Below, piece after piece: positions 37,887-47,336 of a DNA stretch of 64,000 nt. Location of the stretch: positions 65,042 through 129,041 of the forward strand of contig JAFTOF010000002.1 of assembly GCA_017451505.1 (NCBI GenBank), given 5' to 3'. Source of the stretch: Clostridia bacterium (lineage in GTDB: Bacteria > Bacillota > Clostridia > UMGS1883). A model generated the notes under the pieces. It was not told the DNA's origin. It did not search any database and saw only the letters and a program-made list of their open reading frames with translations. A program made the translations under genes and the position numbers. Every line of letters starts with the position of its first letter. The stretch's first letter is position 1.

Positions 37887-40345
37887 ATATAAAAGAATAC
37901 TTAAAGGATAACTTCATATATCTTGACGGAGGAATGGGAACGCTTCTTCAGAAAGAGGGGCTTTTACCCGGAGAACTGCCCGAAAGATGGAACATATCGC
38001 ATCCCGATATAATCACAAAAATTCACCGTAGCTATTATGATGCGGGAAGCAATGTGGTAAACACAAATACCTTTGGTGCAAATCTTTTAAAATTCAGCCC
38101 AAAGGAGCTTGACGAAATTGTAAAAGCAGCAGTGACAAACGCAAAACGTGCAAAAGAGGAATCAAGTGCAAAGGGAGAAAAATGGATAGCACTTGACATA
38201 GGTCCAAGCGGCAGAATGCTTGCCCCCTATGGCGATTTTGATTTTGAGGACGCGGTTTCCCTTTTTGCCGAAACTGTAAAGCTCGGGGCAAAATATGGCG
38301 TAGACCTGATTTTTATTGAAACAATGAACGACAGCTATGAAACAAAGGCTGCCCTTCTTGCGGCAAAAGAAAACTGCGACCTGCCCGTATTTGTGTCCAA
38401 TGCTTACGGTGAGGACGGAAAGCTGATGACAGGTGCGTCCCCCTCCGCCATGGTCGCAATGCTTGAGGGTATGCGTGCCGATGCCATCGGCATAAACTGT
38501 TCACTTGGTCCAAAGGCTCTTATAAAGGTTGCGGAAGAATATCTTGAAAAGTCCTCTCTCCCAGTAATTCTTAAACCAAACGCAGGGCTTCCCAAGGTAA
38601 TAGGCGGCGAAACTGTATATGATGTTCTTCCGGAGGAATTTTCAGAGGACGTTGCCACTCTTATGGAAAAAGGAATACGCATTGCAGGCGGTTGTTGCGG
38701 AACTACCCCCGAATATATTTCCTCACTTGTAAAAAAATCTTCAAACCTTTCTCCCTCGGCAATTACCAAAAAGAATATTACCTGTGTTTCCTCTTACACC
38801 CACGCGGTTGAATTTAAGGATTCCCCCATTCTTATAGGTGAAAGGATAAATCCCACAGGCAAAAAGAGATTTAAGGAAGCCCTTAAATGCGGCGATATGG
38901 ACTACATATTAAACGAGGGCATTTGTCAGCAGGAAAAAGGTGTACATATTATTGATGTCAACGTAGGTCTGCCCGAAATTGACGAGGCAAAAATGCTTAC
39001 AGATGCCGTTTGCCGTCTGCAGGCGGTTATTAATATTCCCTTGCAGATAGATACTGCCAACGTTTCCGCTATGGAAAGTGCACTCCGCCGATACAACGGC
39101 AAAGCTATGATTAATTCCGTAAACGGCAAGAAAGAAAGTATGGACGCAGTATTTCCCCTTGCGGCAAAGTATGGCGGCCTTATCGTGGCACTTACATTAG
39201 ACGAAAACGGCATTCCTAAAAGTGCAGAAGAAAGATATGCCGTTGCAGAAAAAATCCTTGTCGAGGCTGAAAAGTACGGAATTGATAAAAAGGATATAAT
39301 TTTTGACCCCTTGACACTCACTGTAAGTGCAGAGCCTGACGCAGCAAAGGAAACGCTAAGTGCTGTCAGCATGATTAAGCACAAAATGGGTGTTCATACG
39401 TCGCTGGGCGTTTCCAATGTTTCTTTCGGGCTTCCCCACCGCGATGCAATTAACAGCACATTTTTTGCAAATGCCATGGCAAGCGGACTTTCTGCGGCAA
39501 TTATGAATCCCTATTCCGCGGAAATGATGAAAGCATACTATGCTTTCAGGGCACTTAACTCTTTTGATGAAAATTTTTCTGAATATATTGCTTTCTCCCA
39601 AACGCTTACAGAAACTGTAACAATCACCGAATCTAAAAAAGAATCCGTTTCCACATCTGAGCAAGGAAGTGCACTTCAAAAAGCCGTTATAAAAGGTCTG
39701 TGCGATCAGGCGGCGGCAATAACACGCGAAATGCTTGAAAGTACAAAGCCGCTTACAATCGTACAAGAGGAAATTATCCCTGCACTTAATATTGTCGGAA
39801 CGGGTTTTGAAAATAAAACAGTGTATCTTCCCCAGCTTCTTATGAGTGCAGAAGCGGCAAAGGCGGCTTTTGAGGAAATCAAGAAAGCAATGTCTTCCTC
39901 AAATGCTTCGGACAAATGCTCTATCGTAATTGCAACGGTTAAGGGCGATGTTCACGATATAGGTAAGAACATCGTGAAGCTTCTCCTTGAAAATTATGGC
40001 TTCAGGGTTTACGATTTGGGAAAGGATGTACCGCCCGAAGTTATTGTAGAAAAGGCATCCGAGGTTAATGCACCCATTATAGGGCTGAGTGCATTGATGA
40101 CAACAACAGTCCCCGCAATGGAGGAAACTATTAAGCTTGCAAGAAAAAAGCTCCCCAACTGTAAAATCATCGTTGGCGGAGCAGTGCTGACACAGGAATA
40201 CTCCGATGCAATCGGTGCTGACAAATATGCAAAGGATGCAATGGAAGCAGTACGATATGCAGAAGAAATAAATAAAAAAACATGCCGCTTCACCCATTTC
40301 GCGTCCCAACTAAATTTCAAACAAGCAAGCGTTGCTCGCGATTAA
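37883..40345 (+). CDS. metH: Cobalamin-dependent methionine synthase lacking the activation domain (Hcy-binding, pterin-binding, B12 cap and B12-binding modules)
   Basis: GGCCGTTPEYI (Hcy domain); pterin-binding barrel; B12 motif GDVHDIGKNIV. AGGAG RBS precedes ATG 37883. The last ~20 codons lie inside repeat copy B. Confidence 0.9.
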   Translation: MNIKEYLKDNFIYLDGGMGTLLQKEGLLPGELPERWNISHPDIITKIHRSYYDAGSNVVNTNTFGANLLKFSPKELDEIVKAAVTNAKRAKEESSAKGEKWIALDIGPSGRMLAPYGDFDFEDAVSLFAETVKLGAKYGVDLIFIETMNDSYETKAALLAAKENCDLPVFVSNAYGEDGKLMTGASPSAMVAMLEGMRADAIGINCSLGPKALIKVAEEYLEKSSLPVILKPNAGLPKVIGGETVYDVLPEEFSEDVATLMEKGIRIAGGCCGTTPEYISSLVKKSSNLSPSAITKKNITCVSSYTHAVEFKDSPILIGERINPTGKKRFKEALKCGDMDYILNEGICQQEKGVHIIDVNVGLPEIDEAKMLTDAVCRLQAVINIPLQIDTANVSAMESALRRYNGKAMINSVNGKKESMDAVFPLAAKYGGLIVALTLDENGIPKSAEERYAVAEKILVEAEKYGIDKKDIIFDPLTLTVSAEPDAAKETLSAVSMIKHKMGVHTSLGVSNVSFGLPHRDAINSTFFANAMASGLSAAIMNPYSAEMMKAYYAFRALNSFDENFSEYIAFSQTLTETVTITESKKESVSTSEQGSALQKAVIKGLCDQAAAITREMLESTKPLTIVQEEIIPALNIVGTGFENKTVYLPQLLMSAEAAKAAFEEIKKAMSSSNASDKCSIVIATVKGDVHDIGKNIVKLLLENYGFRVYDLGKDVPPEVIVEKASEVNAPIIGLSALMTTTVPAMEETIKLARKKLPNCKIIVGGAVLTQEYSDAIGADKYAKDAMEAVRYAEEINKKTCRFTHFASQLNFKQASVARD

Positions 40346-40355
40346 ATTACGGTAA
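40275..40355 (-). repeat. Dispersed intergenic repeat, copy B (partly degraded, overlaps the metH 3-prime end)
   Basis: TGCCGCTTCACCCATTTCGCGT-C-CCAACTAAATTTCAA matches copy C at 37 of 38 positions, followed by the shared blocks TTGCTCGCGA and TACGGTAAA. Confidence 0.6.
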
Positions 40356-40360
40356 ATAAT

Positions 40361-40399
40361 ACGAAAGAAGCAGTCTATGATTAAGACTGCTTCTTTCGT
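40361..40399. terminator. Bidirectional intrinsic terminator
   Basis: ACGAAAGAAGCAGTC-tatgattaa-GACTGCTTCTTTCGT; overlaps the stop of the SOD-like gene. Confidence 0.7.
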
Positions 40400-40866
40400 A
40401 TTATTCCGCACCCTATTTTTTCGCCCGAATTTCCCGCAGGCTGAGTGGTAAAATCATCGGGCATTGAATGAATTATTACAGTTTTCCCTATAATTTCTTC
40501 TATGGTAAATCTTTTTGTCATGAATGCTGAAAAGGCTTCGCCATTTTCGCCAAATAACGGCGGCATATCCCCTGCGTGGTAAGGATGCGGATAACCCTTT
40601 GGATTATAATGGGTAAGTGCATTTTTAAACGGGTCTGTTTCATCCCCGCTACAGCTTGCTCCAGAATGTATATGAAATCCAAATACACCGCTCCCGTACT
40701 GATTTTCGGGAAGTCCCTGTGCCTGTGTCACCACTATCACACTGTCAGGCTGCTGATAAAACTGAACACGGGCATAAACATTGGGATATTTTTCACTACC
40801 GTTTATAACAGCAAACGCCGCAGGATATGATGTAAATATATGTCCAAAATTTTCATAGTTAAACAT
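40381..40866 (-). CDS. Cu/Zn superoxide dismutase family protein without a signal peptide
   Basis: FGFHIHSG; THYNP; YPHPYHAGDMPPL; IIHSMPDD; GCGII. All metal-ligand positions appear to be present. Confidence 0.8.
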   Translation of the reverse strand: MFNYENFGHIFTSYPAAFAVINGSEKYPNVYARVQFYQQPDSVIVVTQAQGLPENQYGSGVFGFHIHSGASCSGDETDPFKNALTHYNPKGYPHPYHAGDMPPLFGENGEAFSAFMTKRFTIEEIIGKTVIIHSMPDDFTTQPAGNSGEKIGCGIIRKKQS

Positions 40867-40920
40867 AACAAAACCCCCTTAGTGCAGTATATGCACTAAG
40901 GGGGAATCTAATTCAGTTTG

Positions 40921-42165
40921 TTATTTCACATCATAGTCAAGCTTGAATTTTTCTCCACAGCCGTAATTTTCGTAAACATAATCAATATCCTTGTCACCAC
41001 GTCCGGAAAGACAGGCAAGAATTGAGCCTGATTTATGTTCCTTTGCATATTTGATTGCATATGCTACTGCGTGTGCACTTTCGATTGCGGGAATGATTCC
41101 CTCATATCTTGAAAGCAGGAAGAATGCCTCCATCGCCTCTTCATCGGAGATTGTAGTATACTGCACTCTGCCCATATCACGAAGATGTGCGTGTTCAGGA
41201 CCTACACCGGGGTAATCAAGACCGCTGGCTATTGAATATACGGGGAGCGGCTCGCCCTTTTCGTCCTGAAGAACATAGCTTGTATACCCGTGGATAACTC
41301 CCTTTGTTCCATATGCCATAGTAGCCGCATGATCACCGACTGAGCTTCCTCTTCCCAGCGGCTCTACCCCGTAGATTTCAACAGGGTCGGCAAGGAAAGG
41401 AGTAAACATACCCAGCGAGTTACTTCCGCCGCCAACACAGGCAGTAATTGCATCGGGCATAATGCCTGTCATTTCAAGGAACTGCTCTCTTGCCTCAATA
41501 CCGATTACGGACTGAAAATCTCTTACCATTTTCGGAAACGGATGAGGACCTGCCGCTGTACCTATGCAATAAATTGCATCCTTGTACTCTCTGAGATACG
41601 CTTCAAATGCCGCGTCACAAGCTTCTTTAAGTGTTTTAAGCCCCCTTGTTACGGGAACAACATTTGCACCGAGCATTTTCATTCTTATAACATTGGGGTA
41701 CTGCTTTTCAATATCAACCTCGCCCATATAGACGTCACATTCCATACCAAAGTATGCTGCCGCAGTAGCTATTGCAACGCCATGCTGACCTGCACCTGTT
41801 TCTGCAATAATTTTCTTCTTGCCCATATATTTTGCAAGAAGTCCTTCACCCATACAGTGATTAAGTTTATGTGCACCTGTATGGTTAAGGTCCTCACGCT
41901 TTAAGTAAATCTGGCAGTTGCCGAATATTTTGGAAAGACGCTCACAATGGTACACGGGAGTAGGTCTTCCCTGAAATTCTTTTCTGATTCTGCGAAGCTC
42001 ATTTATAAACTGTGCACTGTGGCAGATAGCTTCATAAGCGTCGTCTGCTTCCTTAAATGCCTCAATAAGCTCTTTTGCCTGAAAAGAGCCGCCGTATTCA
42101 CCGAAATACCCCTCCTCGTTGGGATATTCCTTCAAATAATTTTCAAAATCTTTATATTTGTTCAT
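40921..42165 (-). CDS. trpB: Tryptophan synthase beta subunit (stand-alone; no trpA in window)
   Basis: PLP-lysine motif [10 protein letters not shown]; AETGAGQHG; GGGSN. Preceded by a Trp T-box. Confidence 0.85.
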   Translation of the reverse strand: MNKYKDFENYLKEYPNEEGYFGEYGGSFQAKELIEAFKEADDAYEAICHSAQFINELRRIRKEFQGRPTPVYHCERLSKIFGNCQIYLKREDLNHTGAHKLNHCMGEGLLAKYMGKKKIIAETGAGQHGVAIATAAAYFGMECDVYMGEVDIEKQYPNVIRMKMLGANVVPVTRGLKTLKEACDAAFEAYLREYKDAIYCIGTAAGPHPFPKMVRDFQSVIGIEAREQFLEMTGIMPDAITACVGGGSNSLGMFTPFLADPVEIYGVEPLGRGSSVGDHAATMAYGTKGVIHGYTSYVLQDEKGEPLPVYSIASGLDYPGVGPEHAHLRDMGRVQYTTISDEEAMEAFFLLSRYEGIIPAIESAHAVAYAIKYAKEHKSGSILACLSGRGDKDIDYVYENYGCGEKFKLDYDVK

Positions 42166-42261
42166 GGTCTGTTATCTCCTTTAATCATATTTAATAGAAT
42201 TTCAGGATTTACGCCATCGTACATCCGGTTTGTTTTTAAAAATAAACATATATATTCCTCC

Positions 42262-42520
42262 AAAAAACAAAAGCCCTTGAACTGCATTTGCAAGTCAAGG
42301 GCGAAAATACTATTTCCGCGGTGCCACCTTGTTTCAGGAATAACCCCTCTGTAAGATACTATCATATCTCCGGCTTTTAACGCAAGCCACACGTCAGTGC
42401 ATTTAACACTGCCCTCGGCAGTCCATATTACTCAGGCGATTCTGCGGAACTCACACCATAATCCGCTCGCTCAAAGAATCGGTATCTGACTTTTTTCTGC
42501 CTCAATGGTTTACTATTAAA
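42262..42520 (-). promoter_or_regulatory. T-box leader, Trp specifier (UGG)
   Basis: Minus strand: TTGACA-17-TATAAT promoter at 42558-42530. Stem I with an AGTA element and specifier TGG-A (42425-42423). T-box sequence AAACAAGGTGGCACCGCGG (42334-42316). Terminator GCCCTTGAACTGC...GCAAGTCAAGGGC plus a T-run (42301-42262). Confidence 0.85.
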
Positions 42521-42547
42521 TTCTCGTTAATTATATCACTGCAAAAA

Positions 42548-43276
42548 TTATATGTCAATACTTTTTCCCAAATTTGAATTTACAAATTTCTGCAATCTAT
42601 CCTTGACGCTCACATCAAGAGGCTTCGTATCTTTAAGAGGATTTTCAATTTTCAGCTCCTCATACTTGAAAAAGCCCATTGTATGAAACGCAAGGAGTTC
42701 ATATTTATATATGCATTTTTTATCTTTGATGTGCATGAGGTATTTTTGGATTTCTTCCTCGGTATCATTAATTCCGGGAATTATTACAGTCCTGATACGA
42801 GTGGACTTTCCAATGGATTCCAAAAACCCGAGCATTTCCAGCGTTTTTTCCATTGTATGTCCCGTGTACTTAAGATACCCCTCATTGTCGGGAAATTTCA
42901 GGTCAAGGATGACGCCTTGTGCATTTTCCAGCACATATTTCACCGAATCGGTAAGTTCTACACTACCGGATGTATCTACAATATAATTTATGCCCTTCTC
43001 TTTTAAAAGCGGCACTGTTTTCCTGATAAATTCAGCCTGTAAAAGCGGTTCTCCGCCTGTAAAGGTAACTCCTCCGTTATTTTTAAAATAGGGATTATAT
43101 TTAGATACTTTGTTAACCAATTCTTCGGGTGTCATTAACGTTCCTGTCATATTCCACGTATCAGGATTATGGCAAAATACGCACCTTAGGGGACAGCCCG
43201 AAAGAAAAACTGCATACCTTACACCTTCACCGTCTACCGCTGCCATACTTTCAAAAGAATGAATATAGCCTTGCAT
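42548..43276 (-). CDS. pflA: Pyruvate formate-lyase activating enzyme (radical SAM)
   Basis: GYIHSFES...; CPLRCVFCHNPD. AGGAGA RBS precedes ATG 43276. Confidence 0.93.
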   Translation of the reverse strand: MQGYIHSFESMAAVDGEGVRYAVFLSGCPLRCVFCHNPDTWNMTGTLMTPEELVNKVSKYNPYFKNNGGVTFTGGEPLLQAEFIRKTVPLLKEKGINYIVDTSGSVELTDSVKYVLENAQGVILDLKFPDNEGYLKYTGHTMEKTLEMLGFLESIGKSTRIRTVIIPGINDTEEEIQKYLMHIKDKKCIYKYELLAFHTMGFFKYEELKIENPLKDTKPLDVSVKDRLQKFVNSNLGKSIDI

Positions 43277-43334
43277 ACATATTCTCCTATACACACCGAC
43301 CTGCCTTAGTAAAGGGCAGGTCGGATTAGTTTTG

Positions 43335-45563
43335 TTACATCTTTTCGTGGAATGTACGCGATATTACTTCAAGCTGTTTATCCTTTGTCAGCTTATTGAA
43401 GTTTACTGCATATCCGCTTACACGAATTGTGAGAGTGGGATAAAGAGTGGGGTCATTCATTGCATCAATAAGCTTCTGGCGGTTAAGCACGTTAACATTA
43501 AGATGATGTGCGTCCTGCGCAAAATATCCGTCAAGCACGGTGGTAAGATTTTCCACGCGGTTATCCTCATCTGTTCCAAGTGCCTCGGGCGTAATGGAGA
43601 ACGTATTTGAAATGCCGTCCATACAACAACCATAGTTAATCTTTGCCACGGAGTTAAGTGATGCCAATGCACCCTCCTTATCTCTTCCGTGCATGGGATT
43701 TGCCCCGGGAGCAAATGCCTCCCCTTTCTTTCTTCCGTCGGGGGTTGCACCTGTTTTCTTTCCGTAAACCACGTTTGAAGTTATTGTCAGAATCGAAAGA
43801 GTGTGGCGTGCATTGCGGTACGTCTTTGTCTTACAAAGCTCGCTGTAGAAAAATTCCGTTATCCATTTTGCAATGCTGTCTGCCCTGTCGTCGTCGTTTC
43901 CGTACTTGGGGAAATCTCCCTCTATATCAAAGTCGGTTATTAATCCGTTTTCGTCCTTTTTCGGAGTAACACGTGCATATTTAATTGCACTTAAGCTGTC
44001 TGCAAGAACGCTCAGTCCGCTGATTCCAAACGCCATAAGACGCTCAGGCTCCACATCATGGAAGGACATCATAAGACGCTCGTAGGCGTACTTATCATGC
44101 ATATGGTGGATTACATTCATAGTGTTAACATAGAGCTTTGCCATCCATGCCGCATATGTTTTGAATGCTTCCAGTACTTCCTCGTAGTCAAGAGTTTTTT
44201 CATCAAAAACCTTTCCTTCGGGGGCAATCTGCTCGCCGTAGATTTCATCCTTACCGCCGTTTAATGCCATAAGAAGAACCTTTGCCAGATTACAGCGTGC
44301 ACCAAAGAACTGCATCTGCTTACCTGTTTTCATAGCACTTACACAGCAAGCGATTGAATAATCGTCGCCAAAATCCTTACGCATCACATCGTCATTTTCA
44401 TACTGAATGGAGTCGGTATCGATTGACACCTTCGCACAGAAATCCTTAAATGTCTGAGGAAGCCCCTGTGCCCAAAGAACAGTTATATTGGGTTCTGCGG
44501 AAGGACCAAGGTTATAAAGTGTCTGCAAGAATCTATAACAGGTCTTTGTAACCATGGTTCTGCCGTCCTCACACATTCCGGCAAGGGAACAAGTAACCCA
44601 AACGGGGTCGCCTGCAAACAGGTCATTATATTCGGGAGTACGCAAATGGCGGACAAGACGCATTTTAATTACCAAATCGTCAATAAGCTCCTGTGCACCT
44701 TTTTCATCGAGAGTACCCTCTTTAATATCACGCTCAATATAAATATCAAGAAATGCGGAGATTCTTCCGATACTGTTAGCCGCACCATTCTGCTCCTTAA
44801 CTGCACCGAGATAACCAAAATAGAGCCACTGAATTGCTTCACGTGCATTTTCCGCGGGACGGGTAATATCGCATCCGTACTGCTTTGCCATAATAACAAG
44901 GTCGTTCATAAATTCAAGCTGACGGGAAATGTCTTCAAGAAGTCTGATGGTATCATCGGTCATATCCCTCTCACCGATACGCTCTTTATCAGCTTTACGC
45001 TCGCGGATAAGGTAATCCATTCCGTAAAGGGCAATACGGCGATAGTCGCCTATAATTCTGCCTCGTGCATATGCATCGGGAAGCCCCGTAAGTATTCCTG
45101 CATGGCGGGCTTTCCTCATAGTTTCCGTGTAAACACGGAATACACCTGTGTTATGTGTAGTACGGTACCTGAACTCATCTTTTATATTCTCTCCGATTTC
45201 ATAGCCGTACGCTTTACATGCCTGAACGGCATTTCTGTAGCCGGCAAAGGGATTAACGGCTCTTTTAAGAGGCTCATCTGTCTGCAAGCCTACAATTAAG
45301 TCGTCCTCTTTGATAACGTAGCCCGGCTCGTAAGTAAGAAGTGAAGAAACCCTCTCGGTGTCGATATCAAGAACGCCGCCCTTTTTTGTTTCCTCTATAA
45401 TAAGCTCCTCAACACGTTTTTTTACTCTGTCTGTGCGGGGTGTTGTACCTGATAAAAAGGAAGCGTCCCCCTCATACGGTGTATAATTCCTTTTAATGAA
45501 ATCACTTACATCTATTGTGTTATTCCAATTTCCCTCATTAAAATTGCGTTTGTAATTCTCCAT
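43335..45563 (-). CDS. pflB: Formate C-acetyltransferase (pyruvate formate-lyase)
   Basis: 742 aa; glycyl-radical motif [11 protein letters not shown]; active-site CC in SIACCVSAM. Confidence 0.96.
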   Translation of the reverse strand: MENYKRNFNEGNWNNTIDVSDFIKRNYTPYEGDASFLSGTTPRTDRVKKRVEELIIEETKKGGVLDIDTERVSSLLTYEPGYVIKEDDLIVGLQTDEPLKRAVNPFAGYRNAVQACKAYGYEIGENIKDEFRYRTTHNTGVFRVYTETMRKARHAGILTGLPDAYARGRIIGDYRRIALYGMDYLIRERKADKERIGERDMTDDTIRLLEDISRQLEFMNDLVIMAKQYGCDITRPAENAREAIQWLYFGYLGAVKEQNGAANSIGRISAFLDIYIERDIKEGTLDEKGAQELIDDLVIKMRLVRHLRTPEYNDLFAGDPVWVTCSLAGMCEDGRTMVTKTCYRFLQTLYNLGPSAEPNITVLWAQGLPQTFKDFCAKVSIDTDSIQYENDDVMRKDFGDDYSIACCVSAMKTGKQMQFFGARCNLAKVLLMALNGGKDEIYGEQIAPEGKVFDEKTLDYEEVLEAFKTYAAWMAKLYVNTMNVIHHMHDKYAYERLMMSFHDVEPERLMAFGISGLSVLADSLSAIKYARVTPKKDENGLITDFDIEGDFPKYGNDDDRADSIAKWITEFFYSELCKTKTYRNARHTLSILTITSNVVYGKKTGATPDGRKKGEAFAPGANPMHGRDKEGALASLNSVAKINYGCCMDGISNTFSITPEALGTDEDNRVENLTTVLDGYFAQDAHHLNVNVLNRQKLIDAMNDPTLYPTLTIRVSGYAVNFNKLTKDKQLEVISRTFHEKM

Positions 45564-45595
45564 ATATATACACCCTTTCTTTGAAAATGCAAAAA

Positions 45596-45692
45596 TTTAA
45601 AAAGGCACCCCGAAAATGAGGTGCCCAGACGGTCGGCAATTATGACTCCTGTTCCCTCATAGTTTTCTATGTCTCCGTCAGTAGCAGGAATC
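45596..45692 (-). promoter_or_regulatory. ZTP (pfl-motif) riboswitch with terminator expression platform
   Basis: Minus strand: P1 GAUUCCUG/CAGGAGUC; J1/2 CUACUGACGGAGA; P2 CAUAG-AAAA-CUAUG; 3-prime subdomain GCCGACCGUCUGGGCA, with GACGG/CCGUC pseudoknot potential. The terminator GGCACCUCAUUUUCGGGGUGCC plus U5 overlaps it. The TTGACA-17-TATAAT promoter is at 45727-45699. Confidence 0.7.
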
Positions 45693-45747
45693 ATTTATAT
45701 TATAGCGTATGTTTTCATTTTTGTCAATGGAAAATATAAACACATTT

Positions 45748-46209
45748 TTACTTACTGCAAACCAGTTCAAAATGGTCTTTGTCTGAAAAATCCGTAAGGT
45801 CTACACCTGTCATCACGGACTCCCCGTCTTTGGTGAATGCCCAATAAGTTTTAGTTTTGTCATAGTCGGCTTCCATAGAGTTTACCTTTTTCACATAAAG
45901 CCCGTAGGGACCCTTTTCCCCCTCGATAAGCTTGTGCTCCGAAAGTGCTTCACCCACAGTTTTCTTGTCGGTATGAATGGTAAATTCTATAGCCTGCCCC
46001 TCGGCACCAACCTCAACATATAAGGTTTTTTTCCCTGTGCCAAGCTCTGTATCTTTTAAGTAGGCAGCATCTTTCCATATGCCTTCCTGCTTTATTGTAG
46101 CGGTTCTTTCATTTGTTTTTGGGGCGATTTCTCCGTCCTGCATAAAAAATGCACATGCCAAAATTACAATTACAGATAGTGCCGCTAAAATAACATTACG
46201 TTTTTTCAT
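45748..46209 (-). CDS. DUF4430 domain protein (transcobalamin-like fold), membrane-anchored
   Basis: N-terminal TM/signal; C-terminal YGLYVKKVNSMEADYDKTKTYWAFTKDGESVMTGVD resembles DUF4430. Confidence 0.6.
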   Translation of the reverse strand: MKKRNVILAALSVIVILACAFFMQDGEIAPKTNERTATIKQEGIWKDAAYLKDTELGTGKKTLYVEVGAEGQAIEFTIHTDKKTVGEALSEHKLIEGEKGPYGLYVKKVNSMEADYDKTKTYWAFTKDGESVMTGVDLTDFSDKDHFELVCSK

Positions 46210-46225
46210 AAAATTCTTCCTCTCA

Positions 46226-46325
46226 CAAAAAAGAAGCGTGCCGCTTCACCCATTTCGCGTGCCAACTAAATTTCAACCGAACAAGTATTGCTCGCGAACA
46301 AATCACGCAAATTCCTATACGGTAA
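46226..46325 (-). repeat. Dispersed intergenic repeat, copy C (most complete)
   Basis: Contains every block shared with copies A and B. On the minus strand it ends in GAAGCG-gca-CGCTTC plus T6. It lies between the xerD stop and the DUF4430 start. Confidence 0.6.
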
Positions 46326-46355
46326 AAAGCTTTCACCTTACAAAAATTACAGTTT

Positions 46356-47237
46356 CTACGCTCTCGGATGTGCTTTTTTATATATCTTTTTAATGTTGTT
46401 TTTGAGCACTTGGTTATATATTCGCGTTGTTACCACATCATTATGCCCCAGCATTTCCGAAACGGCATTGATGTCTGCACCGTTTTGCAAAAGGTGTACT
46501 GCAAAGGAGTTTCGGAGGGTTTGGGCTGTAATTTCCGTTTTAATGCCTGCACTTTGTGCATAGCTGCGGAGAATCTTCCAGAAGCCCTGCCTTGTAAGGG
46601 GAGTTCCGCTGCAATTTACAAAAAGATTTTTTTCCTTACTGTTATTAATAAGATACGGACGTGCCTTTTTTATATACTCATCAAGTGCATCTGCCGCCTC
46701 TTTGCCAAAAGGTATGTACCTTTCATTTCTGCTTCCCACACAGCTTAACATTCCTCCGCGAATATCCACATCTTTCAGCGTAAGAGCTATTATTTCCGAT
46801 ACTTTTATTCCTGTCGCGTAAAGAAGTTCCAGCATTGCCTTATCACGGATTCCTTTTAAATCAGTGGTTTTAGGCTGATTTAAAAGCTTTACGACCTCTC
46901 TTGTGGTGAGTGCCTCGGGGATTTTTTTCTTAACACGGGGAAGCTGGATGCCGCAGGCGGGATTAATCTCAAGCTCTTTCTTCGTAATTCCCCACTGGTA
47001 AAATTTTTTCAGGGAGGCTGTCTGCCTTGAAATCGTGGAATGTGCCTTTCCCTGTGCCCTGAGGTGCTCTATGTAGGCATTAAGGGTTGTCCGCTTTACG
47101 GCGAAAACATTTTTTACTTTATTCTCTTTTAAATAGGAAAAATACGTTTCCAAGTCACGGACATAAGAAGTAAGTGTATTTTGCGACATTCTCTGTTTTT
47201 TTAAATACACCTCATATTCCGCTATTATTTCATTCAT
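46356..47237 (-). CDS. xerD: Tyrosine recombinase XerD/XerC type
   Basis: SAM-like N-terminal domain; ATGIKVSEI (Arg box region); RNSFAVHLL; LGHNDVVTTRIY (catalytic Tyr). Confidence 0.85.
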   Translation of the reverse strand: MNEIIAEYEVYLKKQRMSQNTLTSYVRDLETYFSYLKENKVKNVFAVKRTTLNAYIEHLRAQGKAHSTISRQTASLKKFYQWGITKKELEINPACGIQLPRVKKKIPEALTTREVVKLLNQPKTTDLKGIRDKAMLELLYATGIKVSEIIALTLKDVDIRGGMLSCVGSRNERYIPFGKEAADALDEYIKKARPYLINNSKEKNLFVNCSGTPLTRQGFWKILRSYAQSAGIKTEITAQTLRNSFAVHLLQNGADINAVSEMLGHNDVVTTRIYNQVLKNNIKKIYKKAHPRA

Positions 47238-47336
47238 AAATTACCCACCTTTTAAGAGAGTGTTTCTATTTTACACCTGTAAGAAAAAAATGTATATAAC
47301 CAAATTGCACATAATTTCCATCAATTTTTCGTGGTT

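Noticed and set aside
42162-42392. 76-aa minus-strand ORF upstream of trpB
   Set aside because: It overlaps the T-box antiterminator/terminator region and the trpB start. The RNA element explains the region.
44646-45299. 217-aa plus-strand ORF (also 43332-44264 and other short ORFs on both strands)
   Set aside because: It lies antisense inside pflB, which is unambiguous (glycyl-radical motif). It is a shadow ORF.
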